A DNA stretch of 64,000 nt, taken from positions 20,989 through 84,988 of the forward strand of contig CALODV010000013.1 of assembly GCA_942492065.1 (NCBI GenBank). The letters run 5' to 3'. This document shows positions 1 to 10,671 of the stretch, one piece after another. Made by a program: the position numbers and the translations under genes. The notes under the pieces were generated by a model. That model saw only the letters and a list, made by a program, of their open reading frames with translations, was not told the origin of the DNA and did no database searches. Position 1 is the stretch's first letter, and each line of letters starts with the position of its first letter. This DNA comes from Candidatus Cloacimonadales bacterium. GTDB lineage: Bacteria > Cloacimonadota > Cloacimonadia > Cloacimonadales > JAIOQZ01.

Positions 1-533
1 TTGATAAAGTCATAGAAAATGTTAAAAAGCTTGTTGCAGCAAAGAAAAAGAAAAACTCAATTTTCCCCAAAATACTCTGGCAGTTTATTGTGATGAAGCA
101 TAACGAACACGAAATTGAGCCTATCCGCAAGCTTGCGAAAGAGCTTGGAGTAGATTCACTTTCACTTAAAACAGTGCAGATTTATGAAAAAGATGATATA
201 AAGAATTTCCTGCCTGAAAATCCTAAATACAGACGCTATAAAATATCAGGGGATGATTTTGAATTGAAGTTCGGCATCAAAAACCGCTGCCGAAGAATCT
301 GGGATCAGCCTGTTATAAACTGGAATGGAGAAATGGCAGTATGCTGTTTTGACAAAGATATCGATTTTCCGGTTGGAAATGTCAGAACAAATTCTGTGAA
401 ATCCATCTTTAAGAATAAAAAATTCCAGAAAATGAGAAACACTATTCTGACAGACAGAAAATCCATAAAGATGTGCAGAAACTGCGGTGAAGGTGTTAAA
501 TTAACTTTCTCTGAAAAGTCTGTTAACAAGTAA
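1..533 (+). CDS. Radical SAM/SPASM-domain protein, C-terminal part. The ORF is open from the window edge.
   Basis: The frame stays open from nt 3 to the stop at 531-533. Cys-rich C-terminus (CRRIW…AVCCFD…CRNCGEG) typical of SPASM/twitch auxiliary cluster domains. Confidence 0.5.
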   Translation, partial: DKVIENVKKLVAAKKKKNSIFPKILWQFIVMKHNEHEIEPIRKLAKELGVDSLSLKTVQIYEKDDIKNFLPENPKYRRYKISGDDFELKFGIKNRCRRIWDQPVINWNGEMAVCCFDKDIDFPVGNVRTNSVKSIFKNKKFQKMRNTILTDRKSIKMCRNCGEGVKLTFSEKSVNK

Positions 534-646
534 AAATTTCTCTCAGGAAACGAAGAATTTGACAAAATTTATTTGTTTCATTTGATAGTACATGTAAAAT
601 AACTTATCATAAGTTTATATATTCTGAGATTACGGAAGGAGAATTA

Positions 647-2965
647 ATGTCCACTTATCCTGTTATACCCTTAAGAAATGCAATGATGGTGCCTTATGTG
701 ATAACACCAATTCTGGTTGGAAGACCTGCCTCTCTTGAAGCCCTTGAAACATCATATACTTCTAACAAGGAAATATTGTGTGTTACCCAGAAAGGGAATG
801 CCGAACTTGAAGAGGATCCCCGAGCATCTGATTTGTTCAGAATGGGAACGATCTGCAGAATTATGCAGATTTTCAGAATGCCTGACGGAAATATCCGAGC
901 ATTAATTGAAGGACAGTCAAGAGTGCTTATCGATAAGTTTAAACGAAAAAAAGGTATGCTTCAGGCTGAAGTAACTGAGTTTCCGCTGACTGTGGGAGCT
1001 ATCAGTTCCGAGACAGAAGCACTGTTCAGAACATTTAAAAAGACATTTCTGGACTACATCGAGTTAAACAAATCCATCCCGGAAGAATCCATGATTCCTT
1101 TCCAGGAAATAAGAAAACTGGATGAACTGTTTTACTTTGTTCTTGCAAACACGGATGTAGACATCAAGATAAAGCAGAAAGTCTTTGAAATAGAAGAATT
1201 CTCTCGTGCTCTCTTAAAAATATATAATATACTCAATAAAGAAATCGAGCTGTTAAAGCTTGAAAAGAAAATTGATGTCAAAGTAAAAACTAAGCTCAGT
1301 AAACTGCAGAAAGATTATTATCTTAACGAACAACTTAAGATTATACATAAAGAACTTGGTATTTCAAGTGAAGAATCCGATGATCTTCTGGAGTTTAACG
1401 AGCAGCTAAAAAATACTCCGTTAAATGATGAAGCCCATAAAAAAGCTCAGGAAGAGATCAAGAAAATGTCCAGGATTTCTACACATTCTCAGGAGTATAC
1501 AGTATTATACAATTATCTGAGCTGGCTTTTTGATATCCCATGGAAAGAACCGGAACAGGACGAGTTTGAAATGAAAACTGCCAAAGAGGTCCTGGATGAA
1601 GATCATTACGGATTGGAAAAAGTAAAAGACAGAATCATGGACTATCTGGCTGTTCTTAAAATGTCCAAAAAATCCAAAGGACAAATTCTCTGTTTCGTTG
1701 GGCCTCCGGGAGTTGGTAAAACCTCACTTGGAAAATCCATTGCAAAATCCCTGCATCGTGAATTCGTCAGACTTTCACTTGGTGGAGTAAGAGATGAAGC
1801 CGAGATTCGAGGGCATAGACGTACTTATATAGGAGCACTCCCAGGTATCATTATGCAGAGTATGAAGAAAGCCGGCACAATGAATCCCCTGATTATGATG
1901 GATGAGATTGATAAAATGAGTGTGGATTTCCGTGGTGATCCTTCTGCAGCACTTCTTGAAGTACTAGACGCAGAGCAGAATAACCAGTTCAGAGATCACT
2001 ATCTCGATTTTGGTTATGACCTGAGTAATGTGTTGTTCATTACAACAGCCAATTCCCTGTCTTCAATACCACAACCACTTCTAGACAGGATGGAAATCAT
2101 TCATATACCAGGTTATACATCTCTTGAAAAATTTAATATTGCCGTAGAACACCTTATCCCTAAGCAGATTGAGGAACATAGCATTAACGGCAACTACTCC
2201 ATAAATTTCCAGAAACCTGCAATACATAACATAATCACTTCTTACACAAGAGAAGCAGGAGTGAGAGAACTGGAAAGAAAAATTGCTGCAATTGTCAGGA
2301 AAACCGTAAGAGCTTACGTTGAAAAACCTTTTGAAGGAAAGAAAACTATTTCTACCGGTAACCTGAAAAAATATCTCGGGATTCCCAGATTTCTTGATTC
2401 AGAAGTACATCAGGAAAGTAAATCCGGTATTGTTACCGGACTTGCCTGGACTGCTTTTGGGGGAGAAACCCTTACCATAGAAGTCATTAAGATGAAAGGT
2501 GAAGGCAAAATCAAACTCACGGGTAAACTTGGTGACGTAATGCAGGAATCCGCACAGGCAGCATACAGTTATGCCAGACTTCATGCTGAAGATTACAATC
2601 TGCCTGAGAATTTCTATAAAGAATACGACATTCACCTGCATATCCCTGAGGGAGCAATTCCTAAGGATGGACCTTCCGCCGGCATTACGATTGCTACAGC
2701 ATTAATATCCTGTCTCAGCAACAGAAAAGTTGACCATACCTACGCTATGACAGGAGAGATAACTCTTTCCGGTGATGTTCTGCCAATTGGAGGATTAGAA
2801 GAAAAATTGATAGCAGCCAACCGAGCCGGAATCAAAAATGTTATTATCCCTGAAAAAAATAAACCGATTTTAGGTGAAATAAAACCTGAAGTACTGAAAG
2901 GCATAAATGTGGAATTTGTGAGGAGGATAGATCAGGTTCTTGATCTGGTCTTGTTAAAAGACTAA
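647..2965 (+). CDS. lon: ATP-dependent Lon protease
   Basis: 772 aa with an N-terminal LON substrate domain, Walker [10 protein letters not shown], and proteolytic-domain [10 protein letters not shown] with catalytic Ser. ATG start with GGAAGGA Shine-Dalgarno. Confidence 0.95.
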   Translation: MSTYPVIPLRNAMMVPYVITPILVGRPASLEALETSYTSNKEILCVTQKGNAELEEDPRASDLFRMGTICRIMQIFRMPDGNIRALIEGQSRVLIDKFKRKKGMLQAEVTEFPLTVGAISSETEALFRTFKKTFLDYIELNKSIPEESMIPFQEIRKLDELFYFVLANTDVDIKIKQKVFEIEEFSRALLKIYNILNKEIELLKLEKKIDVKVKTKLSKLQKDYYLNEQLKIIHKELGISSEESDDLLEFNEQLKNTPLNDEAHKKAQEEIKKMSRISTHSQEYTVLYNYLSWLFDIPWKEPEQDEFEMKTAKEVLDEDHYGLEKVKDRIMDYLAVLKMSKKSKGQILCFVGPPGVGKTSLGKSIAKSLHREFVRLSLGGVRDEAEIRGHRRTYIGALPGIIMQSMKKAGTMNPLIMMDEIDKMSVDFRGDPSAALLEVLDAEQNNQFRDHYLDFGYDLSNVLFITTANSLSSIPQPLLDRMEIIHIPGYTSLEKFNIAVEHLIPKQIEEHSINGNYSINFQKPAIHNIITSYTREAGVRELERKIAAIVRKTVRAYVEKPFEGKKTISTGNLKKYLGIPRFLDSEVHQESKSGIVTGLAWTAFGGETLTIEVIKMKGEGKIKLTGKLGDVMQESAQAAYSYARLHAEDYNLPENFYKEYDIHLHIPEGAIPKDGPSAGITIATALISCLSNRKVDHTYAMTGEITLSGDVLPIGGLEEKLIAANRAGIKNVIIPEKNKPILGEIKPEVLKGINVEFVRRIDQVLDLVLLKD

Positions 2966-3201
2966 TGAATATTACGATTAGATCGCACAAAAAACTTGCA
3001 GGAGATATCGACAGATATATAGTCAAGGTACCATCCGAGGAACTGGTGTACTTTGGGTACATTATAGAAGCTTTCGAAGGATTCTGTAATTACTCTACAA
3101 TTACCCGGGGCAGTGAAAAACTGATTCAGGTGGATGCGTCTCCGGACTACAATGATATTGTCATGGAAATTATAGACTTCCTGAAAGGCTGGGAGCTGTA
3201 G
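2965..3201 (+). CDS. Small hypothetical protein overlapping the lon stop (TAATG junction)
   Basis: 78-aa ORF starting at ATG inside the lon stop context. No recognisable motif. Confidence 0.35.
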   Translation: MNITIRSHKKLAGDIDRYIVKVPSEELVYFGYIIEAFEGFCNYSTITRGSEKLIQVDASPDYNDIVMEIIDFLKGWEL

Positions 3202-3601
3202 ACATTCTACAAACCGCGTAGAGGCAACCGGACGGTTGTCTTAATAAATGCATGAAAAGTGATTGTCAGTATTCAAGAATTTCCTGCTTGTTATGGACTT
3301 ATGGGATATCACAGGTTACACCCGACAGATCTTATTTCTATTTTAATGGGGTTTGTCTGCAAACGGAACAGCTCCAATAGAGCTTTATACACACACGTCC
3401 ACCTTCGATATCCATCCCTCTTCTTTGAGGGGAATTTGCAATTCCTTTGCTTTGATTTGACTTTAGTACCTCCCTGTGAGAAATCCTCTATCGTAAGTAC
3501 GAAAAATCGACTTAATTCTTTCTTAAGATAATAATTCCGATGTAAGGTTTGAGCCTAACCCACATTTTGAACAGCAATTAGAATTCTTCCAACCAAATTT
3601 C

Positions 3602-3631
3602 AACATATTTATTGACAATCTCCTGAACAAA
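3602..3631 (+). promoter_or_regulatory. Sigma70-like promoter upstream of add (TTGACA, 17-nt spacer, gTAAAAT)
   Basis: Hexamers read directly in the sequence. Predicted leader of about 145 nt before the add ATG. Confidence 0.4.
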
Positions 3632-3783
3632 ACAGTAAAATTGTATGTTAAGCTGACTAAGCAGGATAAACTAATATTTTGCAATCCCAGCGTTATAGTT
3701 ATCTTATTATAATTAACTGAATCCCGGTTCTGACAACCAAAAAATACAACATAAAAAATATATGAATAATTAAGGAGGAAAAT

Positions 3784-4857
3784 ATGAAATTGACACGAGA
3801 ATTCATTCACAAGCTGCCTAAAGTAGATCTCCATGTACACCTTGACGGTTCACTGAGAATCCCGACTATTTTTGAACTGGCAAAAGAGCAGAAAGTCAAG
3901 CTGCCTGCAAATGATGAAAAAAGCTTAAAGAAAATTGTCTGCTGTGATAAAGAATGTAAAAGTCTTAACGAATACCTCAGAGGTTTCGGCGTAACTCTTT
4001 CCGTACTTCAAACTGAAGATGCTCTGGAAAGAACGGCTTACGAACTTGCCGAAGATGCTGCAGCAGAGAATATCAGATATATGGAAGTCAGATATTCACC
4101 TATCCTTCATACAGATAAAGGTCTTAAACTTACTCAGATTTCCGAAGCTGTAATCAGAGGACTGAGAAAAGCTGAGAGAAAATACAATATCAAAACTGGT
4201 GTTATTATCTGCGGAATCAGAAATATGGACCCGAAAATCTCCACAAAACTTGCAGAATTGGCTGTTGCATACAAACACAACGGTGTTCTGGGTTTCGATC
4301 TTGCCGGTGCAGAATACGACAATCCTGCTCTCGACCATAAAGAAGCATTCGATCTTGCGCTTAAGAACAACCTGAATGTTACTATTCATGCAGGAGAAGC
4401 TTACGGACCTGCCAGTATTCATCAGGCTCTGCAATATTGCGGTACACACAGAATCGGTCACGGTACCAGACTAAAAGAAGACGGTGACCTGCTTAACTTT
4501 GTGAATGACCACAGAATCCCTCTGGAAATCTGCGTAAAAAGCAATATGCACACAAAAGCCGTGCCGTCAATCAAAGAGCACCCACTTTCATTCTACCTCG
4601 AATATGGTTTAAGAGTAACCCTTAACACAGATAACAGATTAATTTCAGATACAACCTTGACAGATGAATACATGCTGGCAATCAATGAACTCGGAATTAA
4701 TTATCCGGAACTCAAGCTGCTTATAATAAACGGCTTCAAATCATCATTCTATCCTTACAATGAAAAAGTAAGAATATTGAATGAAGCATTGGCAGAAATG
4801 GCTGTTCTGGAAGAACAAAACATGAAAAAACCAATAATTCTGGAAGAAAAAATCTAA
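3784..4857 (+). CDS. add: Adenosine deaminase
   Basis: 357 aa with the N-terminal metal-binding motif LPKVDLHVHLDGS and a C-terminal TLNTDNRL/…HAGE pattern of the ADA family. AAGGAGG Shine-Dalgarno. Confidence 0.9.
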   Translation: MKLTREFIHKLPKVDLHVHLDGSLRIPTIFELAKEQKVKLPANDEKSLKKIVCCDKECKSLNEYLRGFGVTLSVLQTEDALERTAYELAEDAAAENIRYMEVRYSPILHTDKGLKLTQISEAVIRGLRKAERKYNIKTGVIICGIRNMDPKISTKLAELAVAYKHNGVLGFDLAGAEYDNPALDHKEAFDLALKNNLNVTIHAGEAYGPASIHQALQYCGTHRIGHGTRLKEDGDLLNFVNDHRIPLEICVKSNMHTKAVPSIKEHPLSFYLEYGLRVTLNTDNRLISDTTLTDEYMLAINELGINYPELKLLIINGFKSSFYPYNEKVRILNEALAEMAVLEEQNMKKPIILEEKI

Positions 4858-4867
4858 CGGAGGATTG

Positions 4868-5437
4868 ATGAGCACTGTTGAAAAATTGCTGATAGAAGCA
4901 AAAGCATTACTTAAAGGTCACTTTAAACTTACTTCAGGGAGACATTCCGATACTTACATTGAGAAGATCAAATTGATACACGATCCGGAAAAAGTATCTC
5001 AATTATGTGAACTGCTTGCCGAAAAACTGAAAGATGTTGAGGCAGACGTTATTGTTGGACCTGCAATGGGCGGAATTGTACTCGCTTATGAAGTAGCAAA
5101 GAAACTTGGTAAAAAATTTGTTTTTACTCAGCGTAAAGACGGTGAAATGACAATCCGCAGCGGTTTCCCAATCAGTGCCGGAGATAAGGCAGTTATCATT
5201 GAAGACATCGTTACAACCGGCGGTTCTGTATTTGAAGTACTCGAAGCACTCAAGAAAAGAGAAATAAACGTAACTGCTATAGGGCTGATTGTTGACAGAT
5301 CCGGCGGTAAAACAGATTTCGGACATCCTACCTATGCCCTGCATACTGTAGACATCCAGTCTTACCCACCGGAAGAATGTCCTCAATGCAAAGCCGGAGA
5401 TCCTATCACAACTCCGGGATCAAGCGATAAAAAGTAA
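4868..5437 (+). CDS. pyrE: Orotate phosphoribosyltransferase
   Basis: PRPP-binding motif VIIEDIVTTGGS. ATG at 4868 after GGAGGA. The track start at 4865 is a TTG. Confidence 0.9.
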   Translation: MSTVEKLLIEAKALLKGHFKLTSGRHSDTYIEKIKLIHDPEKVSQLCELLAEKLKDVEADVIVGPAMGGIVLAYEVAKKLGKKFVFTQRKDGEMTIRSGFPISAGDKAVIIEDIVTTGGSVFEVLEALKKREINVTAIGLIVDRSGGKTDFGHPTYALHTVDIQSYPPEECPQCKAGDPITTPGSSDKK

Positions 5438-5460
5438 TTCAATAATATCATATTATATAT

Positions 5461-5494
5461 GGGCTATCTATCTCAGATAGCCCTTTCTTTTTTA
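5461..5494 (+). terminator. Intrinsic terminator after pyrE
   Basis: Hairpin GGGCTATCTATCTCAGATAGCCC followed by a T-run. Confidence 0.6.
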
Positions 5495-5552
5495 TTTACA
5501 ATTTATACACCTGTATTTTGTTTGATTCTAATTAATAATCAGGAGCTTTTCG

Positions 5553-7271
5553 ATGAAGAGAATAGCTATCAGTACAGGTGATCCCTGCGGAGTCGGTCCG
5601 GAAATCACAGCAAAAGCTTTAGAGTTTTACAAACACGCCCCTAACACTGTTTATATCATTTATGGGGCTGCACAGGTATTCAGCAAGTTCAACCATAGAT
5701 TCACCATAATTTCCGATGTGAAGGATGCAGTTAACCAGGAGACAATCTACCTTTTAAATATAATCGCAGAAACAGAATTCACTCCGGGTAAGCCATCAGT
5801 GAAAAGCGGAGAATATTCCCTGAGGATTCTTAATAAAATTATGGCGGACATTGATTCAGGAATGATTGATGCCATTGTAACCTGCCCTGTTTCCAAGCAC
5901 GAAATACAGAAAACCAATCAGGATTTCATCGGACATACGGAGTATCTTGCTCAACATTACGGTGTAGAAGACCCGGTGATGACTTTCTGGGGAGACAAGT
6001 TTATTCTTGTTCTTCTTACAACGCACCTGGAAATAACCAAACTTTATGATCAGCTTACTCCTGATAAAATCCGAAGTAAAATAACGACAGCCTTCTCAAG
6101 TATTAATTCTGTGTATGCTGGCATGAAGTACGCCTTATTGGCAGTCAACCCCCATGCCGGAGAAAATGGAGCATTTGGAGAAATAGACTCTGAAATGAAA
6201 GCAGTAGCTCAAGATTTTGCAAAACTGGGAATCAGTATTGACGGTCCTTTTCCGGCAGATACTTTTTTTGCTTATCATGCAGATGATTACGATGTAGTAA
6301 TCTCCCCCTACCACGATCAGGGTTTGATTCCTTTTAAAATGCTGCATAAGAATTCAGGAGTAAACGTTACTCTCGGACTGCCGTTTTTGAGAACATCAGT
6401 TGACCATGGAACAGCTTTTGATATTGCAGGCAAAAATCAGGCATCTGAGATGAGTCTCATCTCTGCCTTGCACAAAGCAGAAATGCTGTCCGGATGTAAG
6501 ACCGGTAACGCGCCGTCTGCTTATAATGTATTTTCTGATATCTATGATAAATATATGGAACATGTGAACTATGAGAAATGGGTGAAGTTCATACTTGGCA
6601 GGTTCAACAAAATCCTGAAGAGAAGCCCCAGACTGATTCATGAGCTGGCTTGCGGAACTTGTAATGTCTCTTCGATATTCGTAAGCAAAGGTATTGAATG
6701 CCATGCTTCCGATAACTCTCCCGGAATGCTGAGAAATGCCAGGAAAAAGAAAGTCCATCCGGAGCTGTTCCTGCAGGATATGACAGCCCCTCTTCCCCGC
6801 ACTGATTATGATCTGATTCTTCTGCTGTTCGACAGTATTAACTACTTGGAAAATGAATTCGAAGTAATGAAACTTTTCTTTAATGTGTATGAATCGCTGG
6901 AAGATAACGGCTTATTCATATTTGATATTTCTACTGTTTTCAACTGTACTGAGCATTTCGATGGATTTGTAAATGTAGAAGAACATGGTGACGATGTATT
7001 TATCCATATGAGCGATTATTTTAAAGACGAAAGTGTTCAGGAGAACCATCTTAGAATTTTCCGACGTGAGTTTTACGGATATGAACTGCATGAAGAACTT
7101 CATCAGCAGGTGATATTCCCAGTTGAAACAATCAGGAGGCTCCTCAGTGAAGCCGGATTCTATCTCCACGGAATTCATTCTATGTCATCGGCAAGGAACT
7201 TGATTAACAACTTGCCCAAACAACTTGACAGCACTTATTCCAGACTCTTTTTTGTAGTACAGAAGCAATAA
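5553..7271 (+). CDS. pdxA: 4-hydroxythreonine-4-phosphate dehydrogenase (PdxA) fused to a C-terminal class I SAM-dependent methyltransferase domain
   Basis: Single 572-aa ORF. The N-terminal ~330 aa carry PdxA motifs (GDPCGVGPEI, GHTEYLA, VDHGTAFDIAGKN). The C-terminal ~240 aa carry the methyltransferase motif I-like hELACGTCNVS plus an acidic motif II. Confidence 0.85.
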   Translation: MKRIAISTGDPCGVGPEITAKALEFYKHAPNTVYIIYGAAQVFSKFNHRFTIISDVKDAVNQETIYLLNIIAETEFTPGKPSVKSGEYSLRILNKIMADIDSGMIDAIVTCPVSKHEIQKTNQDFIGHTEYLAQHYGVEDPVMTFWGDKFILVLLTTHLEITKLYDQLTPDKIRSKITTAFSSINSVYAGMKYALLAVNPHAGENGAFGEIDSEMKAVAQDFAKLGISIDGPFPADTFFAYHADDYDVVISPYHDQGLIPFKMLHKNSGVNVTLGLPFLRTSVDHGTAFDIAGKNQASEMSLISALHKAEMLSGCKTGNAPSAYNVFSDIYDKYMEHVNYEKWVKFILGRFNKILKRSPRLIHELACGTCNVSSIFVSKGIECHASDNSPGMLRNARKKKVHPELFLQDMTAPLPRTDYDLILLLFDSINYLENEFEVMKLFFNVYESLEDNGLFIFDISTVFNCTEHFDGFVNVEEHGDDVFIHMSDYFKDESVQENHLRIFRREFYGYELHEELHQQVIFPVETIRRLLSEAGFYLHGIHSMSSARNLINNLPKQLDSTYSRLFFVVQKQ

Positions 7272-7391
7272 TAACATCCAGGAATAAGCATTTCAAGATT
7301 ATGATTGTTATATAGACTGTCATTGAATTGCTATAGATAAAATTTGACAAAAAAGATCAAAATCTCATTTTCCAGTGTAATGGAGAAATTT

Positions 7392-8384
7392 ATGAAAATA
7401 GGTATTGTCGGAGCAACAGGGGCAGTAGGCAGAGCTATGATTGATCAGGTCAGTTCAATCAAAGACAGCAGTTTTAGTGAAATTGATCTTCATCTTTTCG
7501 CCTCCCAGAAGTCTGCCGGGCAGATATTGAAATTCAGAGACAGGAAAATTGTCGTGAAAACTCTAACCGAAGAATCAATGCTTGATAAGTTCGATTATCT
7601 TCTCTTCTCAGCCGGTGGATCAATCTCAAAACACTTTGCTCCCATTGCAGCACAAGCAGGAAACACAATAATTGACAACTCGTCTGCATTCAGAGCTGAG
7701 CATAGTATTCCTTTGGTTGTACCTGAAATTAATTATCATGTTTTAGATAATTACAAAGGAGTCATTGCCAATCCTAATTGTTCAACCATTCAAATGGTAA
7801 TGGCATTAGCAGATCTACATCAGATCTATTCAATTATGGAGATAGTTGTCAGCACATACCAAGCTGTTTCAGGTGCAGGAAACAACGGAATCATGAGCTT
7901 AAAAAATGAGGAAAACAATATTAAGTTCCAATCCACCTTTAGCCATACAATACGAAATAACGTAATACCTCAGATTGGAGATATCAACGAAGATGGATAT
8001 TGCAGTGAAGAGCTCAAAATGCTTAATGAAACGAGAAAGATTTTCAATTGTCAGGATATTAATATTTCAGCAACAACAATCAGAGTGCCTGTAATTCATG
8101 GTCATACATTATCAGTTCATGTAAGATTTAAGAAAAAAGTTGATATTTACGACTCAGCATGTATTCTATCTAAAACTAAACATGTGAAGCTACATAATGA
8201 AATTATTACTCCAAAGTACATTGAGAATAACCCTGAACGCGAGTATTCTCACGTTTGCAGACTAAGAAAAGGTCTGGATGATTACTCTCTTAATTTTGTT
8301 AACATCGCACATAATGTTTTTGTTGGCGCAGCTACAAACGCTGTAAGAATAATGATTGAACATGAAAAAATGAATAAAGGATAA
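7392..8384 (+). CDS. asd: Aspartate-semialdehyde dehydrogenase
   Basis: Begins MKIGIVGATGAVG (NAD-binding) and has the active-site NPNCSTI. The likely true start is the ATG at 7392 with GGAG Shine-Dalgarno. The track start at 7344 is a TTG. Confidence 0.9.
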   Translation: MKIGIVGATGAVGRAMIDQVSSIKDSSFSEIDLHLFASQKSAGQILKFRDRKIVVKTLTEESMLDKFDYLLFSAGGSISKHFAPIAAQAGNTIIDNSSAFRAEHSIPLVVPEINYHVLDNYKGVIANPNCSTIQMVMALADLHQIYSIMEIVVSTYQAVSGAGNNGIMSLKNEENNIKFQSTFSHTIRNNVIPQIGDINEDGYCSEELKMLNETRKIFNCQDINISATTIRVPVIHGHTLSVHVRFKKKVDIYDSACILSKTKHVKLHNEIITPKYIENNPEREYSHVCRLRKGLDDYSLNFVNIAHNVFVGAATNAVRIMIEHEKMNKG

Positions 8385-8387
8385 ATT

Positions 8388-8819
8388 ATGCCTATCTGGG
8401 ATAAGTTTGAACAAGCAGAAGAATCAGTATCCAGAGAAATAGTAATATATAAAAAACATAAAGTATTTCTATATAATGTAAGAATCAGCAATGAATCTAA
8501 AGTATTGAAGCAATGTTTGGATTTTGTGCAGAATGATGCTAAAAAAAGTGGAAGATACTTTATTGTCTTTAATGCCAAATTCGTTAAAACAGATACAACA
8601 AATCTAATGGGACTGCATAGCGTAATAAATGAATACAAAAAAATGTTATTCAGTTCAAGACTGGAAAAATTCGCATTGATTATAAAAAGTTTTACATCTC
8701 ACAGAAGAGTGATTACTCTCTTTGATGATATTTTTGATGAGAACAAAGTAAGCAGAAAAAAGTACAACTACTTTTCAATTGCAAAAAAGGATAATTATCT
8801 GGAATGGCTTCTGAAATAA
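8388..8819 (+). CDS. Hypothetical protein, co-operonic with radC
   Basis: 143-aa ORF with ATG plus AAAGGA. Its 3' end overlaps the radC start by 16 nt. Confidence 0.45.
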   Translation: MPIWDKFEQAEESVSREIVIYKKHKVFLYNVRISNESKVLKQCLDFVQNDAKKSGRYFIVFNAKFVKTDTTNLMGLHSVINEYKKMLFSSRLEKFALIIKSFTSHRRVITLFDDIFDENKVSRKKYNYFSIAKKDNYLEWLLK

Positions 8820-9493
8820 ACGGGAATGAAAATTCAAAGCATAAAGCTAGGTTGAGAGAAAGGTATCTTAAAGACGGGTTAGCAGGATTTCATGATTATG
8901 AAGTGCTGGAGATAATACTATCATACTCAATTATCAGAAAGGACACTAAACAGATTGCAAAAGATCTGTTGAAAAAATTTCATAACCTTAATAATGTATT
9001 TCAGGCTCCACCTCAACTGTTAGCAGAAATTGAAGGTGTGGGAGAAAGAACAGCCTCCTTAATCAAGCTTTTCAGAGATGTAAACGTTTTCAGATTACAG
9101 GAACATATAATAGGTAAAGATTTCTTCAAATCCTCTGATGACATTTTCAATTATGTACACTCCTATTACAAGGGACTCAAAAATGAAGAGTTCAAAATAA
9201 TATATCTCAGTGTAAAAAATACAATTCTGTTTGAGGAAACTCTCTTCAAAGGTACTGTAAACGAAGCAAAGATATATCTAAGAGTCATAATTGAGCATAT
9301 TATTCTATGTAATGCTGCTTCTATTGTGATCGTACACAACCATCCTGGGGGTACAACTCAACCCTCCAAAGAGGACATCCTTATAACTGAAAAGATTAAA
9401 ATGGCTATAAATATGATTAATGTCCACCTTCTTGATCATCTCATTATCAGCAACAATGAATACTATTCCTTCGTTGGAGCAGGTCTGATTTAG
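8804..9493 (+). CDS. radC: RadC-family JAB-domain protein
   Basis: N-terminal helix-hairpin-helix-like region and C-terminal JAMM motif HNHPGG…S…D. Confidence 0.85.
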   Translation: MASEINGNENSKHKARLRERYLKDGLAGFHDYEVLEIILSYSIIRKDTKQIAKDLLKKFHNLNNVFQAPPQLLAEIEGVGERTASLIKLFRDVNVFRLQEHIIGKDFFKSSDDIFNYVHSYYKGLKNEEFKIIYLSVKNTILFEETLFKGTVNEAKIYLRVIIEHIILCNAASIVIVHNHPGGTTQPSKEDILITEKIKMAINMINVHLLDHLIISNNEYYSFVGAGLI

Positions 9494-9804
9494 TTGAATC
9501 GATATTTTTTGCTATGTAAACAACCGAAACACTGTAACCAGTGTAGACAGACAGACTACAATGTTAACATGGTATACACCTTTTACAAAATGACTATTTG
9601 GTTTACAATAGAGTTTACAGTTATCGAAATCACCTGAATTACAGTGAATCAGCACCAAAATAACTGCCGAATTCACACTACACCTATCTGGATACTATTT
9701 TAGAGCCTGTAATTACTTGTATTTTAAGGTATTAGAGACTAATTCCCTCTAAATGTCATTATTATCAACTATAGATGTTCCACAAACTGGTCTGAGAATT
9801 GGAG

Positions 9805-9835
9805 AAAAAAAAATGGGACGCCGGGCGGCATCCCA
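9805..9835 (-). terminator. Intrinsic terminator downstream of the minus-strand lipoprotein gene
   Basis: On the minus strand, GGGATGCCGCCCGGCGTCCCA followed by a 9-nt T-run. Confidence 0.55.
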
Positions 9836-9899
9836 AGAAGCAAGGAAAGTATGTAAATAACTAGTTTCAGCAATATAATATGCAAATAGCGTGCCAAAA

Positions 9900-10325
9900 C
9901 TATTTATTTTTTATTAATGTAATATAATCTCCATTAAATCCACCGTTAACTTCTGCTTCAAGTTCGATTTTGGATGGAGAAACATGAGTACCTCTGAATC
10001 TGAATTTATTCTTGGTTCCTGATTCTTTAAATTCACCATCACCTTTAACTGTAATAATAAGAATACCCTTTTCGACTTTCCAATTAGCTCTTGATAGAAC
10101 CAAACCATATCCATCAGCAATATTTTCTCGAATTGGAGTAGAAAGAGAAAGACCACCACCACTGATAAACTCAATCTCAGCGTCTTGAGAGTCAACACCT
10201 GCCAGAATCCCTGATACATCTTCCTGAATAAACCAGATACCTCTGATGTTAGCTTTAAGATTTCCCGTGCAGGATGTTATCATAATTGTTGCCAGTAACA
10301 GAACAATAATACTTGTAATTTTCAT
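9900..10325 (-). CDS. Lipoprotein (signal peptide plus lipobox ITSC)
   Basis: N-terminal MKITSIIVLLLATIMITSC. Confidence 0.6.
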   Translation of the reverse strand: MKITSIIVLLLATIMITSCTGNLKANIRGIWFIQEDVSGILAGVDSQDAEIEFISGGGLSLSTPIRENIADGYGLVLSRANWKVEKGILIITVKGDGEFKESGTKNKFRFRGTHVSPSKIELEAEVNGGFNGDYITLIKNK

Positions 10326-10671
10326 AATATCTCCAGACTATTTTATTTTACTATAACAATAATTATTATTTACTTTTCCGTCAAGCTGAAAACTTATTTA
10401 TAGTTCTCAGTTTTCTCACCATAGATCAAACTTGGGAAACAACAGTCTTAATCCAATATTGTCAACAGATAGTAACTTGTGTGTAAACTTTATGTTACGG
10501 TTCATTTTTCCACGATGAAACAGATATTCTCATAATTTCTTTGTTATGTACAACATAATAGGTTGTTACCTTGCTTCATAATCTAATTTCCACCTCAACC
10601 CTAAAAAAAAGTGGACTTACTGGCTTTCATAATATTATTGTGGTTTCAGATACTTTAAGAGAAAGGTGAAA

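Noticed and set aside
3202-3600. tRNA, tmRNA or RNase P RNA in the lon–add gap
   Set aside because: No T-loop (GGTTCGAATCC-like), CCA end, tag-peptide reading frame, or P4 (AAGUCCGG) signature found by eye.
3540-3783. Purine/adenine riboswitch in the add leader
   Set aside because: The leader lacks the conserved purine-aptamer loops (…UAUA…GGUUUGGGAGUUUCUACC…). Only a promoter could be supported.
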